DNA from: an uncultured Bdellovibrionales bacterium
GTDB lineage: Bacteria > Bdellovibrionota > Bdellovibrionia > Bdellovibrionales > Bdellovibrionaceae
Reading direction: 5' to 3'
Assembly: GCA_903926205.1 (NCBI GenBank)
Contig: CAIYID010000060.1
Span: 8,242 to 72,241, forward strand
Length of the DNA: 64,000 nucleotides
In this document: one piece after another, positions 36,202 through 46,018 of the stretch
Layout of the letters: each line of letters starts with the position of its first letter
How positions within the stretch are numbered: the stretch's first letter is position 1
Position numbers and translations under genes: made by a program
Notes under the pieces: generated by a model
Databases searched by the model: none
What the model saw: only the letters and a program-made list of their open reading frames with translations
What the model was told of the DNA's origin: nothing

Positions 36202-37350
36202 TTATTTTTTAGCACTCTCGTCTTTTTTAATTTCGTAATAATCAGGATAAACAAATTCTGGAACCAAAGGATATTTGAAACTCTTGTATGTTGAAAGTTT
36301 GGGAGAGCCCGCTTCACGGTAGGCCTCATCCCAAAGCAACGAAAGTAAGGCGACTCCACGAGCTAAATGTTTCACTAACAAAGGTTCAAACTTCGCTTTG
36401 GTTTTTTCGATAGGCTCGCGTTCGGCGGGCTTTCGAATTTTCATACCGCGCTCTTCCGCTTGCTCAGAAGGTTTTTTCAAAAGATCTGCCTTTAAAATCA
36501 AATCAATATCAGCATTTGACGCGACAGAAAGCGCCCTCATTTTTTCCAAAAGAGTTTTTTCGACAAGAAATTTTTCTTTGCGCTCAGCGGAACGCATTTT
36601 GCGGGCTTCCTTCATAACTTTGAATTGAAGATCCCCATCCATTGCCGACAACATCACGTCTTCGTAATATCCGTGAATTCCGCCGTGGCCTTTTCCATAT
36701 CCATCGTAGTCAGAAGTTGTATGCAGAGGCTGAGCATTATCACCCACGAAGTGACCCATGATTCCCAAATTCACATAAAATTCATAGACCGCTTTATTAA
36801 AAGCACTGTCATCGCTTTCTTCTTTTTTCTTTTCAGCTTTTTCTTTTTCGGATTTTTCTTTCTTATCTGCCTTTTCGGTAGCAGCAACAGTCGCTCCCAA
36901 CGCAGAGGCGGCTAAGGTCTCTTTTCCTACAAGCGCGCGTCGATAAAACTGGTCAGCTCTCCACCAAAGGGAGCCAAATTCATGAGGTATGCTACGAATC
37001 AGACCTTCTTCGTTTGCTTTCTTTTTACCTTCAAAATCAGCGATGATTTTTTTGTAATCCAAAGGAAAATCTTTGACGGTTCCACCAATTATTTCCCAGT
37101 CAAAAAAGTGACCTGGGTTTCCTTCTTTGGTCATTTCACCAGGAAGTGAGCGCCAAGCAATGTCTGGAATATTGCACAGGTGCCCCATGGTGTGAGGACG
37201 CGAAGTTAAAAACTGTCGCAATTCTTTTTCTTGAACAACAAATGTAGCTGCATCACAAAGAGTGTGATGACCACGCCCACCCCAAGCGACAGCTTCTTGC
37301 CAACTTAAGAGTAACGCGAAAAAAGAAATGACGACGATAAAGATTTTCAT
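36202..37350 (-). CDS. Secreted S1/P1-type zinc nuclease (zinc-dependent PLC/P1 nuclease superfamily)
   Basis: 382 aa. The signal peptide ends ...EAVA/WGGRGHH, giving the N-terminal Trp plus His of mature P1/S1 nucleases. HFVGDNAQPLHT and GGIHGYYED zinc-ligand blocks. Contains a K/E-rich insertion. Confidence 0.6.
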   Translation of the reverse strand: MKIFIVVISFFALLLSWQEAVAWGGRGHHTLCDAATFVVQEKELRQFLTSRPHTMGHLCNIPDIAWRSLPGEMTKEGNPGHFFDWEIIGGTVKDFPLDYKKIIADFEGKKKANEEGLIRSIPHEFGSLWWRADQFYRRALVGKETLAASALGATVAATEKADKKEKSEKEKAEKKKEESDDSAFNKAVYEFYVNLGIMGHFVGDNAQPLHTTSDYDGYGKGHGGIHGYYEDVMLSAMDGDLQFKVMKEARKMRSAERKEKFLVEKTLLEKMRALSVASNADIDLILKADLLKKPSEQAEERGMKIRKPAEREPIEKTKAKFEPLLVKHLARGVALLSLLWDEAYREAGSPKLSTYKSFKYPLVPEFVYPDYYEIKKDESAKK

Positions 37351-37352
37351 TC

Positions 37353-38231
37353 TTAACCTCTGTTTAAAGTTTGTCCCAGTGCTTTTGGCGCCCGACTTTG
37401 CCCGAAAAAACCAGCCAGAGCAATCACTGTGAATAAATATGGCAGAATCTGAACAAATTGGACTGGAATCAGAGAGTTGACTCCTTGAAGACGAATTTGC
37501 AGAGCATCAGTAAAGCCGAAAAAGAAGCAGGCCAGTAAGGTTGGCAATGGTTTCCAGCGTCCAAAAATCAGCGCCGCTAATGCAATAAAGCCACGTCCGC
37601 CCGTCATATTTGGTGAATAGGCTGAGGATAAGTAGGTGGATAATGTAGCTCCGCCAATTCCTGCCAATGCCCCACAGGCCAAAAGTGATTTCCAACGAGT
37701 TTTCAAAACTGAGGTGCCAGCAACCTCTAAGGCTTGAGGCGCCTCACCCGCAAATTGCACCACCAAACCGGAGCGAGTTTGATAAAACCAATAACTCATC
37801 AACACCGAAAGTGCGGCGGCTAAAAACATCGGTGCAACCGTGAAACGAGACTCAATCGGTAAAGCTGGTGAAGAGCCCGTCGAATCAAAAAGCACTTTCG
37901 TGACAAAAGGGGCCGTTCCGAAGGCTAATAAATTAATCGCAGTGCCTGCAATGATTTGATCAACTTTTAGCGCCAACACAAAAAAGCCCATGACGCCCGC
38001 CAGAAAAATTCCAGCACAAGCTCCCGCCAGAACTCCCAACCATGGGGAACCAGTATAATGAGCCAAAATCGCGGCGGTGAGGGCGCCAATCAACAAAAAT
38101 CCTTCGAGTGCAATTTGAATCACTCCAGAGCGTTCACTGATTAAACCACCATAGGCCGCAAAAAGAAGCGGCACGGCCACGCGCAAACTGCTCATCAGTA
38201 GCGAGAAAAGATTTAAGCTTTCTTGAGCCAT
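37353..38231 (-). CDS. ABC transporter permease (BMP/nucleoside-type, YufQ/NupQ-like)
   Basis: 292 aa polytopic membrane protein. Position and similarity pattern match the second permease of BMP-family importers. Confidence 0.8.
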   Translation of the reverse strand: MAQESLNLFSLLMSSLRVAVPLLFAAYGGLISERSGVIQIALEGFLLIGALTAAILAHYTGSPWLGVLAGACAGIFLAGVMGFFVLALKVDQIIAGTAINLLAFGTAPFVTKVLFDSTGSSPALPIESRFTVAPMFLAAALSVLMSYWFYQTRSGLVVQFAGEAPQALEVAGTSVLKTRWKSLLACGALAGIGGATLSTYLSSAYSPNMTGGRGFIALAALIFGRWKPLPTLLACFFFGFTDALQIRLQGVNSLIPVQFVQILPYLFTVIALAGFFGQSRAPKALGQTLNRG

Positions 38232-39325
38232 TTTTTTATCCTTGTCAGTATTGACACTTTAAGCACGGATGAATTTTCACTAGAAGAATCTAGAAATTTC
38301 GCGGCATAAAAACCGGCCACCGACAAGATGATGATTGCTTGAAGAATTTTTGCAAAATCTCGAGTGATCGTCGCTGTTTCCAAATCAAGATCGGTCGCTC
38401 CTTTTTGGAGGGCTCCAAATAAAAAAGCAGAAAAAATAATTCCGAGCGGATTATTTCGCGCGAGCAAGGCTACGGCTATTCCCATAAAGCCATAGTCAGG
38501 TGAAAAACCGAGACGAAATTTTCCAGCAGAACCCAAAATTTCATTCAAACCAACCAAACCAGCAAAGCCACCGGCTAAAATCATGGATAAAATTCGATAT
38601 TTTTTTGCATTAATTCCCGCCGTGCTCGCCGCTTCGGGACTCAATCCAACGGCTTTAAGTTCGTAACCCCAAACGGTTTTATTTAAAAGCAACCAGGTGA
38701 TAAAACTCATCAAAATCGCGATAAGAAAAGCTGAATTAAAAGGTGAATCTGGGCTAAGACCATGAATGGGATCAATATTTTTCAATAAATAACCGGCACC
38801 TATTGATGCCGTTTCTGGATTTTGTGAATCAGTGGATTTCAACGCTCCGACAATAAAATAGCTCGAAGCTCCGGCGGCAATAAAGTTGAACATCATGGTC
38901 ACAATGACTTCGTGGCTCCCACGGCTGGCGCGCAGCCAGCCCGGAATAAAGCCCCAAAGTCCTGCTACAAAAACTCCAGCAAGAACAGCCAGTAAAGGAG
39001 CCCAGGGAAAGGCAAGTGCAGGCCATAGAATTCCGACGGCAGCCATCGTTAACGCCCCCATCGTCAGTTGTCCTTCGGCTCCAATATTAAAAAGCCCCGC
39101 TTGAAAAGGAAGGCACACCGCTAGGCCGGTAAAAACAAGAGAGGTCGTGTAAAATAAAACTAAGCCAAAATCATAGGAAGAGCCAAAAGAGGATCGCATC
39201 AGCACGACTAGCACATGCAAGGGATTTTCCCCGGCTAAGGCCGTTAGAGTCAGGGCCAAACTTAAGCCAACGACAAAGCCGAAAAAACTTTTTAGGATTG
39301 AGCACCACGCTGATGAATTTTTCAC
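38213..39325 (-). CDS. ABC transporter permease (BMP/nucleoside-type, YufP/NupP-like)
   Basis: 370 aa polytopic membrane protein. 19-nt overlap with the downstream permease gene. Confidence 0.8.
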   Translation of the reverse strand: MKNSSAWCSILKSFFGFVVGLSLALTLTALAGENPLHVLVVLMRSSFGSSYDFGLVLFYTTSLVFTGLAVCLPFQAGLFNIGAEGQLTMGALTMAAVGILWPALAFPWAPLLAVLAGVFVAGLWGFIPGWLRASRGSHEVIVTMMFNFIAAGASSYFIVGALKSTDSQNPETASIGAGYLLKNIDPIHGLSPDSPFNSAFLIAILMSFITWLLLNKTVWGYELKAVGLSPEAASTAGINAKKYRILSMILAGGFAGLVGLNEILGSAGKFRLGFSPDYGFMGIAVALLARNNPLGIIFSAFLFGALQKGATDLDLETATITRDFAKILQAIIILSVAGFYAAKFLDSSSENSSVLKVSILTRIKKWLKKA

Positions 39326-40900
39326 TTAAGCGCCTCCCATAAAGGCGCCGATTTTCTTTTCGTCGTATTCGGAAGCCTGAAGTTCGGCCACAATTCTTCC
39401 TCGGAAAATCACATAAATTCGGTCAGACAAACGAATAATTTCCTCTAAGTCGGAAGAAATCAAAAATACCGAACCACCGGCCTCTTTTTGTTTGAGAATC
39501 TCACCATGAATACTTTCAATGGCACCGATATCAACTCCGCGTGTGGGTTGTGCGGCAATCAATAATTTCGGTATTTGAGAAAGCTCTCTGCCAACTACAA
39601 ATTTTTGTTGATTGCCCCCGGAAAAACGCCCGAGAGCTAGATGCAGATCTAAGGGGCGAACATCGTTTTTGTTCATCATTTGACCGGCCTCGTTTTGCAG
39701 GTTTTTCCAGCGAAGCCAACCGAATCGAGAAAATTTTTTTCTCCATTGCTGGCCAAGTAAAAAGTTTTCTTTGGCGTCGCCTTCAAGAAGCAGAGCTTGT
39801 TTGAGACGATCCTCGGGAAAATAATTCACCCCCAAAGCGCGAATTTGAGTGTTGGAAAAAACCAGAGTTTCCTTATTCAAAATCTGAATTTGACCAGATT
39901 TTTTTCCAGACAATTCCCGCGGTCGAAAGAGTAAATCAAGTAACTGAGACTGCCCATTGGACTCAACACCAGCCAGTCCAACGATCTCACCCGCCCCGAT
40001 TTGCAGGGAAACACCATCAAGCCATATTCTACCGCGCTCTTGATACGAAAGTTGATTAATTTTCAGAACCGCAGAATTATTCACAACCTGAGGGACTGAA
40101 TTGGTCTCCGTCTTTTTCACGGAAGTAAAATTTTTATTAAAGACTTTTGGCTGACGCCCAATCATCAATTCGCCGAGGCTCGCTAAAGTTTGTCCTTGAA
40201 GAGAGCTCGAGTGCACCAGTTGACCCTGTCTTAAAACACTAAAGTCATCAGCCAAAGCCTGCACTTCTTTTAATTTATGAGTGATAATGATGATCGTTTT
40301 ACCTGCGGCTTTAAGCGCTCGAAGCTGCGTAAAAAAACCTTCAATTTCTTGCGGAGTCAAAACTGCGGTAGGCTCATCAAGAATAAGAATTTCTGCCTCA
40401 TTGAATAATAATTTAAGAATCTCGAGTCGTTGCTGAATGCCCACAGGCAGATTTTCAACTTTTTCTTCCCAGGGCACTGGCATATTAAATTGCTGAGCGA
40501 CGCTCTCTATTTTTTTTAAAATTTTTTTTCGCGGGAGCACAGACAACCAATGCCGCAAGCCACGAGCACTCTCTGTATTCGCTTTTTGATCTAAAATGAT
40601 ATGATCCAAAGCAGAAATTGGACCGGCCAACATAAAGTGCTGATGAACCATCCCAAGACCTGAGGCCTTGGCCTCAATGGAACTTTTAAAATTAACGGGC
40701 TTTCCCTTGAGTAAAATTTCGCCACTATCGGCTTTGTAAAGTCCAAAAAGAATTTTCATCAAAGTGGACTTACCGGCACCATTCTCACCAATCAGCGCAT
40801 GAATTGTTCCGGCGCGAATGGAGAATGACACCCTGTCATTGGCCGGAACTCCGTCAAAAGATTTGCAAATTGAGCGGAATTCCAGAAAGTGATTATCCAT
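39326..40900 (-). CDS. Tandem-domain ABC ATP-binding protein (sugar/nucleoside importer type)
   Basis: 524 aa with two ATPase halves. First half has GENGAGKST and ILILDEPT; the second half has a degenerate Walker A, as in RbsA/NupO-type proteins. Confidence 0.85.
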   Translation of the reverse strand: MDNHFLEFRSICKSFDGVPANDRVSFSIRAGTIHALIGENGAGKSTLMKILFGLYKADSGEILLKGKPVNFKSSIEAKASGLGMVHQHFMLAGPISALDHIILDQKANTESARGLRHWLSVLPRKKILKKIESVAQQFNMPVPWEEKVENLPVGIQQRLEILKLLFNEAEILILDEPTAVLTPQEIEGFFTQLRALKAAGKTIIIITHKLKEVQALADDFSVLRQGQLVHSSSLQGQTLASLGELMIGRQPKVFNKNFTSVKKTETNSVPQVVNNSAVLKINQLSYQERGRIWLDGVSLQIGAGEIVGLAGVESNGQSQLLDLLFRPRELSGKKSGQIQILNKETLVFSNTQIRALGVNYFPEDRLKQALLLEGDAKENFLLGQQWRKKFSRFGWLRWKNLQNEAGQMMNKNDVRPLDLHLALGRFSGGNQQKFVVGRELSQIPKLLIAAQPTRGVDIGAIESIHGEILKQKEAGGSVFLISSDLEEIIRLSDRIYVIFRGRIVAELQASEYDEKKIGAFMGGA

Positions 40901-40906
40901 GGAAAT

Positions 40907-41893
40907 TTATTTTTTTCCTTTTTTGTAATAATCAGGCACTTGAATTTTTCCGCTAATAATTTGAGATTTTAAGTCGTCCAACTTTTTTCTGGTCGCTAGA
41001 TCTAGAATTTTATCATTGTATTTATCCACGGCATAGTCGACGCCTTTGTCTTTGAAGCCATAACGAACAGTACCACTAGCGAAATGTCCTTCTTTGGCTT
41101 CTTTGATTGTACTGTAAACGGCCACGTCCACGCGCTTGAGCATGCTTGTCAGAATAAAACCAGGTTTGATCCAATTTTGATTTGAATCGACTCCAATGGC
41201 GAATTTTTTTGTTTCTTCGGCCGCATCAAACACGCCCGCATTTGAGGCGCCTGCTGCAACGAAAATCACATCAACGCCAGAGCCGTACTGAGATAAAGCC
41301 AACTCCTTCGCCTTTGCTGTATTATTCCATGCATCTCCTGTGATGCCGATAAAATTTGAAACCAAGCTCATTTGTGGTTTTTCTTTTTTAATGCCTGCTT
41401 CAAAACCCATTTGGAATCGACGAATGAGAGGAATATCCATTCCTCCAATAAAGCCCACTTTGGACTTGGACTTCTCTGCCGCAACCACTCCCATCAAGTA
41501 AGAACCTTCGTGCTCTTCAAATAAAAGAGAGCGAACATTAGGTGCCACCACCTCGCCATCAACCAAGGCAAATTTTCGATCAGGAAATTGAGACGCAATT
41601 TTTTTCACCGCATCCGCTTGCGCAAATCCAATTCCGATAATGAGATCAAAACCTTTAGAAGCAAAAGAGCGATGGAGGGTTTCCAAGGCATTGCTGTCGG
41701 TGGCTTCGACATATTTCAGCTCAATTCCAAGCTCTTTTTGCGCCTTGGTTGCCCCTTCGTATGCACTTGAATTAAACGACTTATCGTCCTTTCCACCTTT
41801 GTCTAACACTAGACCGACTTTGAAAGCTTGGGCCGGAAGGCTGAAAAAAGGAACCATCATCAAAGCGAAAAAAAATAGACGAAGATCGCGCAT
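40907..41893 (-). CDS. BMP-family (Med/PnrA/TmpC-like) ABC substrate-binding protein
   Basis: 328 aa. Signal peptide, then the VGLVLDKGGKDDKSFNSSAYEG block typical of basic membrane protein family nucleoside binders. Confidence 0.85.
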   Translation of the reverse strand: MRDLRLFFFALMMVPFFSLPAQAFKVGLVLDKGGKDDKSFNSSAYEGATKAQKELGIELKYVEATDSNALETLHRSFASKGFDLIIGIGFAQADAVKKIASQFPDRKFALVDGEVVAPNVRSLLFEEHEGSYLMGVVAAEKSKSKVGFIGGMDIPLIRRFQMGFEAGIKKEKPQMSLVSNFIGITGDAWNNTAKAKELALSQYGSGVDVIFVAAGASNAGVFDAAEETKKFAIGVDSNQNWIKPGFILTSMLKRVDVAVYSTIKEAKEGHFASGTVRYGFKDKGVDYAVDKYNDKILDLATRKKLDDLKSQIISGKIQVPDYYKKGKK

Positions 41894-42132
41894 CGTGTTT
41901 TCCTTTGGTTTTCAATTAGAATGGCCGGACTTTAGGCTTCGAGACCTGCTGAGTCAATTACATTAATTCAGGGGTTTCAATATGTTGCATGTCAAATTAA
42001 GACTTTATTTTTTGCTGATTTTTAAAATTCAAAAAATAGAAAAACCTCAATTATTTCAAATGATATTGCCTGAATTTATGAATTCGACTAGATTTAAGTT
42101 AATCAAAAGCTAGTCAAACTGAAGGTGGGACT

Positions 42133-42891
42133 ATGGATAATTTAAAATTGCATAATGAAAATGATCGAATGACATCCTTACAATCCGGCCAGCAACTTAA
42201 CACAGTTATAGCAACTAAAATGAGGGAAATTCCTGTTTCAAATTTAGGGGCTCCTGAGCAAGTATTGAAAGCTCGCGAGGGTGACCTTATCTTTAGCGCC
42301 GGCGAAATGCCCAAGGGTTTATATTATCTTAAATCTGGAGCGGTCAAACTGGTCACAGAAAGACCTTTGACTCGGGGACGAATGGCAAGCCCTGAGTTCA
42401 TCAATAAAATTGTTTCTCCGGGAGAATTTTTCGGCTTTAAATCTTTAATCCGTGGAACTGCTTATCCATTTTACGCTCGCGCATTACGTGAAACGGAAGT
42501 CCAAATATTTCCCTCCTCAACGATCACTCAAATCATGTCTGGCACCGATTCCTTAATTAAAGCTGTTTTGGAACAGATGGCTGAAGATTTGGAAGTTCAC
42601 GAGCAGACAGCACAACTTCATTACCTCGCCAGTGTCCAAGAAAGAATTGCTTATCAGTTGGCGATCTTAGCTGAAAGATTTGGCGTGCCCGTGGTGGATG
42701 GACTTTCTTTGAATCTACGCTTGAACCGAAATGAATTAGCGCAGCTTGCAGGCACTATCAACGAGTCTTTCTCTCGTCATTTGACGGAGCTTAAAAATGA
42801 AGGCGTGATTGATGTTCGAGGTAAAGAAATTATCGTGAAAAACTTGATGGCTTTGAAGGAAAAATCCGGAAACTACGAAATACTTAAATAG
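42133..42891 (+). CDS. Crp/Fnr-family transcriptional regulator
   Basis: 252 aa. A cNMP-binding-like beta-roll (GEFFGFKSLIRG) and a C-terminal HTH (RNELAQLAGTINESFSRHLTELKNEGVI). Confidence 0.8.
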   Translation: MDNLKLHNENDRMTSLQSGQQLNTVIATKMREIPVSNLGAPEQVLKAREGDLIFSAGEMPKGLYYLKSGAVKLVTERPLTRGRMASPEFINKIVSPGEFFGFKSLIRGTAYPFYARALRETEVQIFPSSTITQIMSGTDSLIKAVLEQMAEDLEVHEQTAQLHYLASVQERIAYQLAILAERFGVPVVDGLSLNLRLNRNELAQLAGTINESFSRHLTELKNEGVIDVRGKEIIVKNLMALKEKSGNYEILK

Positions 42892-42954
42892 AGGTCCGCC
42901 GCTTCTTTCGAGTGATCATTGACAAGCCTGTGTTGAAAGTCTATCGCTGCTCTC

Positions 42955-43680
42955 ATGGAAAAAAGTTATGAAGTGACTCCCATTGGGATTGTTGAGTCCT
43001 GTTATCCCGATAAATTTGGAACTCCCCGCCAGCCAGGACTTGTCTTAGAAGCCTTGGCAAAAATAAAAATTTTTCCCACTTATCAGCCAGAATCGTCCCT
43101 TCAAGGTTTAGAAAAATTTAGCCATTTATGGGTGATTTTTTATTTTCACCAAAACAAAGATGTTCGCTTTCATGCGAAGGTTCACCCACCTCGCCTGGAT
43201 GGCGGTACCATGGGGGTTTTTGCGACACGCTCCCCTCATCGACCAAACCCTTTGGGTTTATCGCTGATGGAAATAGTAAAAGTAGAGCCCGATGGTGTTG
43301 TTGTACGTGGGACCGATATTATTTCCGGCACTCCCGTCTTAGACATTAAACCTTATTTGCCAGAAGTAGAGGCCGTACCAACAGCCCACTCCGGATGGAC
43401 ACAAAATGTGGAAAAAAAAATTTTGCTGATTTCTTGGGAAACCGAGGCCCTCACGCAGCTTGAGAGCTGGTCTAAAAAATCAGCGTGCCAGGAATTAAAA
43501 AATCTTATCGAAAACACGATTCGACTAGATCCAAGACCCACAGTTTATAAAGGATTCGAAGAAGGAAGCTCTCCCTATCGAAACTCTCACGCTGTGCGAT
43601 TTTACGAAGGGGATGTGCACTTCACTTTCGTGAGCGCTCAGCAGGTCAAAATCACGAAGATTATTATATCGGCGCCATAA
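42955..43680 (+). CDS. trmO: tRNA (N6-threonylcarbamoyladenosine37-N6)-methyltransferase TrmO (TsaA/YaeB family)
   Basis: 241 aa. FGTPRQPG, SHLWVIFYFH, VFATRSPHRPNPLGLS and VLDIKPY blocks. Confidence 0.8.
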   Translation: MEKSYEVTPIGIVESCYPDKFGTPRQPGLVLEALAKIKIFPTYQPESSLQGLEKFSHLWVIFYFHQNKDVRFHAKVHPPRLDGGTMGVFATRSPHRPNPLGLSLMEIVKVEPDGVVVRGTDIISGTPVLDIKPYLPEVEAVPTAHSGWTQNVEKKILLISWETEALTQLESWSKKSACQELKNLIENTIRLDPRPTVYKGFEEGSSPYRNSHAVRFYEGDVHFTFVSAQQVKITKIIISAP

Positions 43681-43801
43681 GCTCATTAAATTGATTCGAA
43701 CAGTTCTCTGTTACCTTTTTACCTGTCTAACATTCTGACATCTTATGCAATTTGTAGAGATAGATTATATTTCGTTTAGATCTCCAATCAAAGGACTTAG
43801 C

Positions 43802-45127
43802 ATGTTTTCGTGTTTTAGCAAAACGACGTTAATTTTTTTACTGCTCGTTTCGACAACACATGCTTTTGCCAACAATGAATGCAAAATTGTTCTTAGTTCT
43901 GGAACTCAGCAATCAGCAGCTGTACGTAATTTGGTTCAAAAAGATGCGTACAAGCAATGGCTTCTGTGGGAACAAAAAGCTAATTTGCATAATTATGAAA
44001 AACCGACCACCACCATCAATATTTCTTTAGTCAAGGTCAGCGAAGAGGATCTTCACGTTATTAAGACTGAAGATGCGCCAGAAAATCTGGTCAATCTTTT
44101 TAAAGCAAATGGTGGAGACATTCTTTGGGCGAAACATCCCTACAACACAAATCCCAGAGTTCCTTTCAAAGATTTCCCAGAGGAAACTTCCCTTCCGGTT
44201 TATATGACTTCATCTCGATCACTGGCTCTTGATGGAACGCTTCGCGGATTTACGATTAAATTAGCAACGGATTATCCTCATGGTCCCAATGGGGAATACC
44301 AACCTTCGAAAGTTGATACCAATGATGATGTTGACTCAGCCCTCATTCATTCGACTCACGTAAAGACCGTTGACGGTGCTTTTGGGTCAGATCCGAAGTT
44401 GATCATCCTGGGCGAAGTGATGACAATTTCTTCAAGAGTCTCCGGCATCGGAATGGTTGTTCGTGATGTCCGAGCCACCGATGACGGAAATTATTATTTA
44501 CCTGCATTTTCGATTCCCTATGTAGGGAGGGAAATCGCAAAGATCAGCCGCGTGCCTTTCGAGGAGTTCTTTGGAGAACATTACGCCACTCTTCTTGGTG
44601 AGGCCAAGGCTCGGCTATTGCTTAGATATGGATTGCAAATGTTTTCTCCAAATCCTCAGAATATGCTGATTCAGTTGAATCGGAATTTGAAACCGACTGG
44701 AAAACTTGTTTTTCGTGATATCAGTGATGCTTATTTGGTGGACGTTGTCGCGAAGGGACTTGGCTATAACAAACAAATTGAGCGTGACGTCGCTATTAAA
44801 TACCCGCCTCAAAAAGTGATCAGACCGGATTGGTCAAACTCCTCCTGGCGTTTCGATGAGGCTGGAGACAAATCGGTTGATTCAGCAACAATCCAACAAT
44901 GGGGACAGCTCCATGACCAGGCTTACGTAAATTATATTAATAAAAACCTTGGCCTGAATATATCAGTGGATACCCGCGGCGCTCCTCAGGATTTTCTGAA
45001 CACGGTCTATCAGGCGTTAGCCTCTGATATTGGTCAAGTAAAGCTAGCCCAATTTCGCCAACGTTTAGAGACTCGAGAGCTTGAACGCCAGCAGACCACT
45101 CCAAGCAATTCTGCTGCCAGTTTTTGA
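43802..45127 (+). CDS. Secreted hypothetical protein
   Basis: Start MFSCFSKTTLIFLLLVSTTHAFA at ATG 43802 (RBS AAAGGA); ORF extends to 43745. Contains a SPNPQNMLIQL...VFRDISD block (see findings). Confidence 0.5.
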   Translation: MFSCFSKTTLIFLLLVSTTHAFANNECKIVLSSGTQQSAAVRNLVQKDAYKQWLLWEQKANLHNYEKPTTTINISLVKVSEEDLHVIKTEDAPENLVNLFKANGGDILWAKHPYNTNPRVPFKDFPEETSLPVYMTSSRSLALDGTLRGFTIKLATDYPHGPNGEYQPSKVDTNDDVDSALIHSTHVKTVDGAFGSDPKLIILGEVMTISSRVSGIGMVVRDVRATDDGNYYLPAFSIPYVGREIAKISRVPFEEFFGEHYATLLGEAKARLLLRYGLQMFSPNPQNMLIQLNRNLKPTGKLVFRDISDAYLVDVVAKGLGYNKQIERDVAIKYPPQKVIRPDWSNSSWRFDEAGDKSVDSATIQQWGQLHDQAYVNYINKNLGLNISVDTRGAPQDFLNTVYQALASDIGQVKLAQFRQRLETRELERQQTTPSNSAASF

Positions 45128-45265
45128 GACGAAAAAAGAGGCCGACTAGTACTGGTCTGAAGCCGCGAAATTTTCAAATTATTTTATACACATCGACTGT
45201 TGTCTTGAACTCACGGCTCAGTTATTCTTAGCATCAAATACTCTCGACCATTTCAGGGTGAAATA

Positions 45266-46018
45266 ATGATGATCAAACAAAATCGCGCAATTATTTTTCT
45301 ATTTCTTTTTTCAGCGATGATCGTGGGATTTATTTTATTTCGCTCAGGAGAATTATTCGAAATTAGCGATTCCGTGAAAATAGAAACAGAAAAAATTGGG
45401 TCCTCCTTTTCTCAAGAATCAATGGGAGATCCTGTTAACGTCCCAGAAAAAAATCTGATAACAGCGACCACGGAAGATAAAAAAAATTTCACGGAAATTA
45501 TTCGCATGATGGAAGATTGTTTCCAACTCAAAACCTCCCTGTCAGAAAATATTTATTCTGGATCAGAGGTTTTTCTTTCAATTCTTCAAAAAGAGTGGGG
45601 AACGTTCGAAACTAGGGATGATTGGATCGATTGGCATTTCCATAACAGAGAGGGACTTGAACGAAGACTGCGTTTAGAGGTGACCGACAGTGAAGGCGTG
45701 ACTAACTCAGGAGTTCACGGACGCGATTTACATTTATTTGCAGTTGATAAAGAAGGCTCTCCTGTTCCATTGGAAATAGAAAACATGACCACTCATAATC
45801 CCTCAGATGAGGTGATCAATGGAATTTTAAAAGAAGGCGAAATCTTTTTTAAAGAAAAAGCCTCTTCTGCCATTTTTGCACAGGGTGAACGTCTGCAATT
45901 CATAGAAAAAAATGGAGTAGTGGACTCCATTGAAATTCATCAAAAAGAAAAGTTCTTCCACTGTTCAACTTTTAAAAACATCAAAGAGAACTGCGTCTGT
46001 AAACTTCCACAATTATGA
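45266..46018 (+). CDS. Membrane-anchored hypothetical protein
   Basis: 250 aa. N-terminal TM/signal anchor (AIIFLFLFSAMIVGFILF). No family recognised. The 3' end overlaps convergent valS by 6 nt. Confidence 0.45.
   Translation: MMIKQNRAIIFLFLFSAMIVGFILFRSGELFEISDSVKIETEKIGSSFSQESMGDPVNVPEKNLITATTEDKKNFTEIIRMMEDCFQLKTSLSENIYSGSEVFLSILQKEWGTFETRDDWIDWHFHNREGLERRLRLEVTDSEGVTNSGVHGRDLHLFAVDKEGSPVPLEIENMTTHNPSDEVINGILKEGEIFFKEKASSAIFAQGERLQFIEKNGVVDSIEIHQKEKFFHCSTFKNIKENCVCKLPQL

Noticed and set aside
36800-36900. Purine-rich low-complexity DNA (AAG/GAA runs) inside the nuclease gene
   Set aside because: It is in frame and encodes the K/E-rich insertion of the nuclease. It is not a separate tandem repeat or slippage-prone homopolymer tract.
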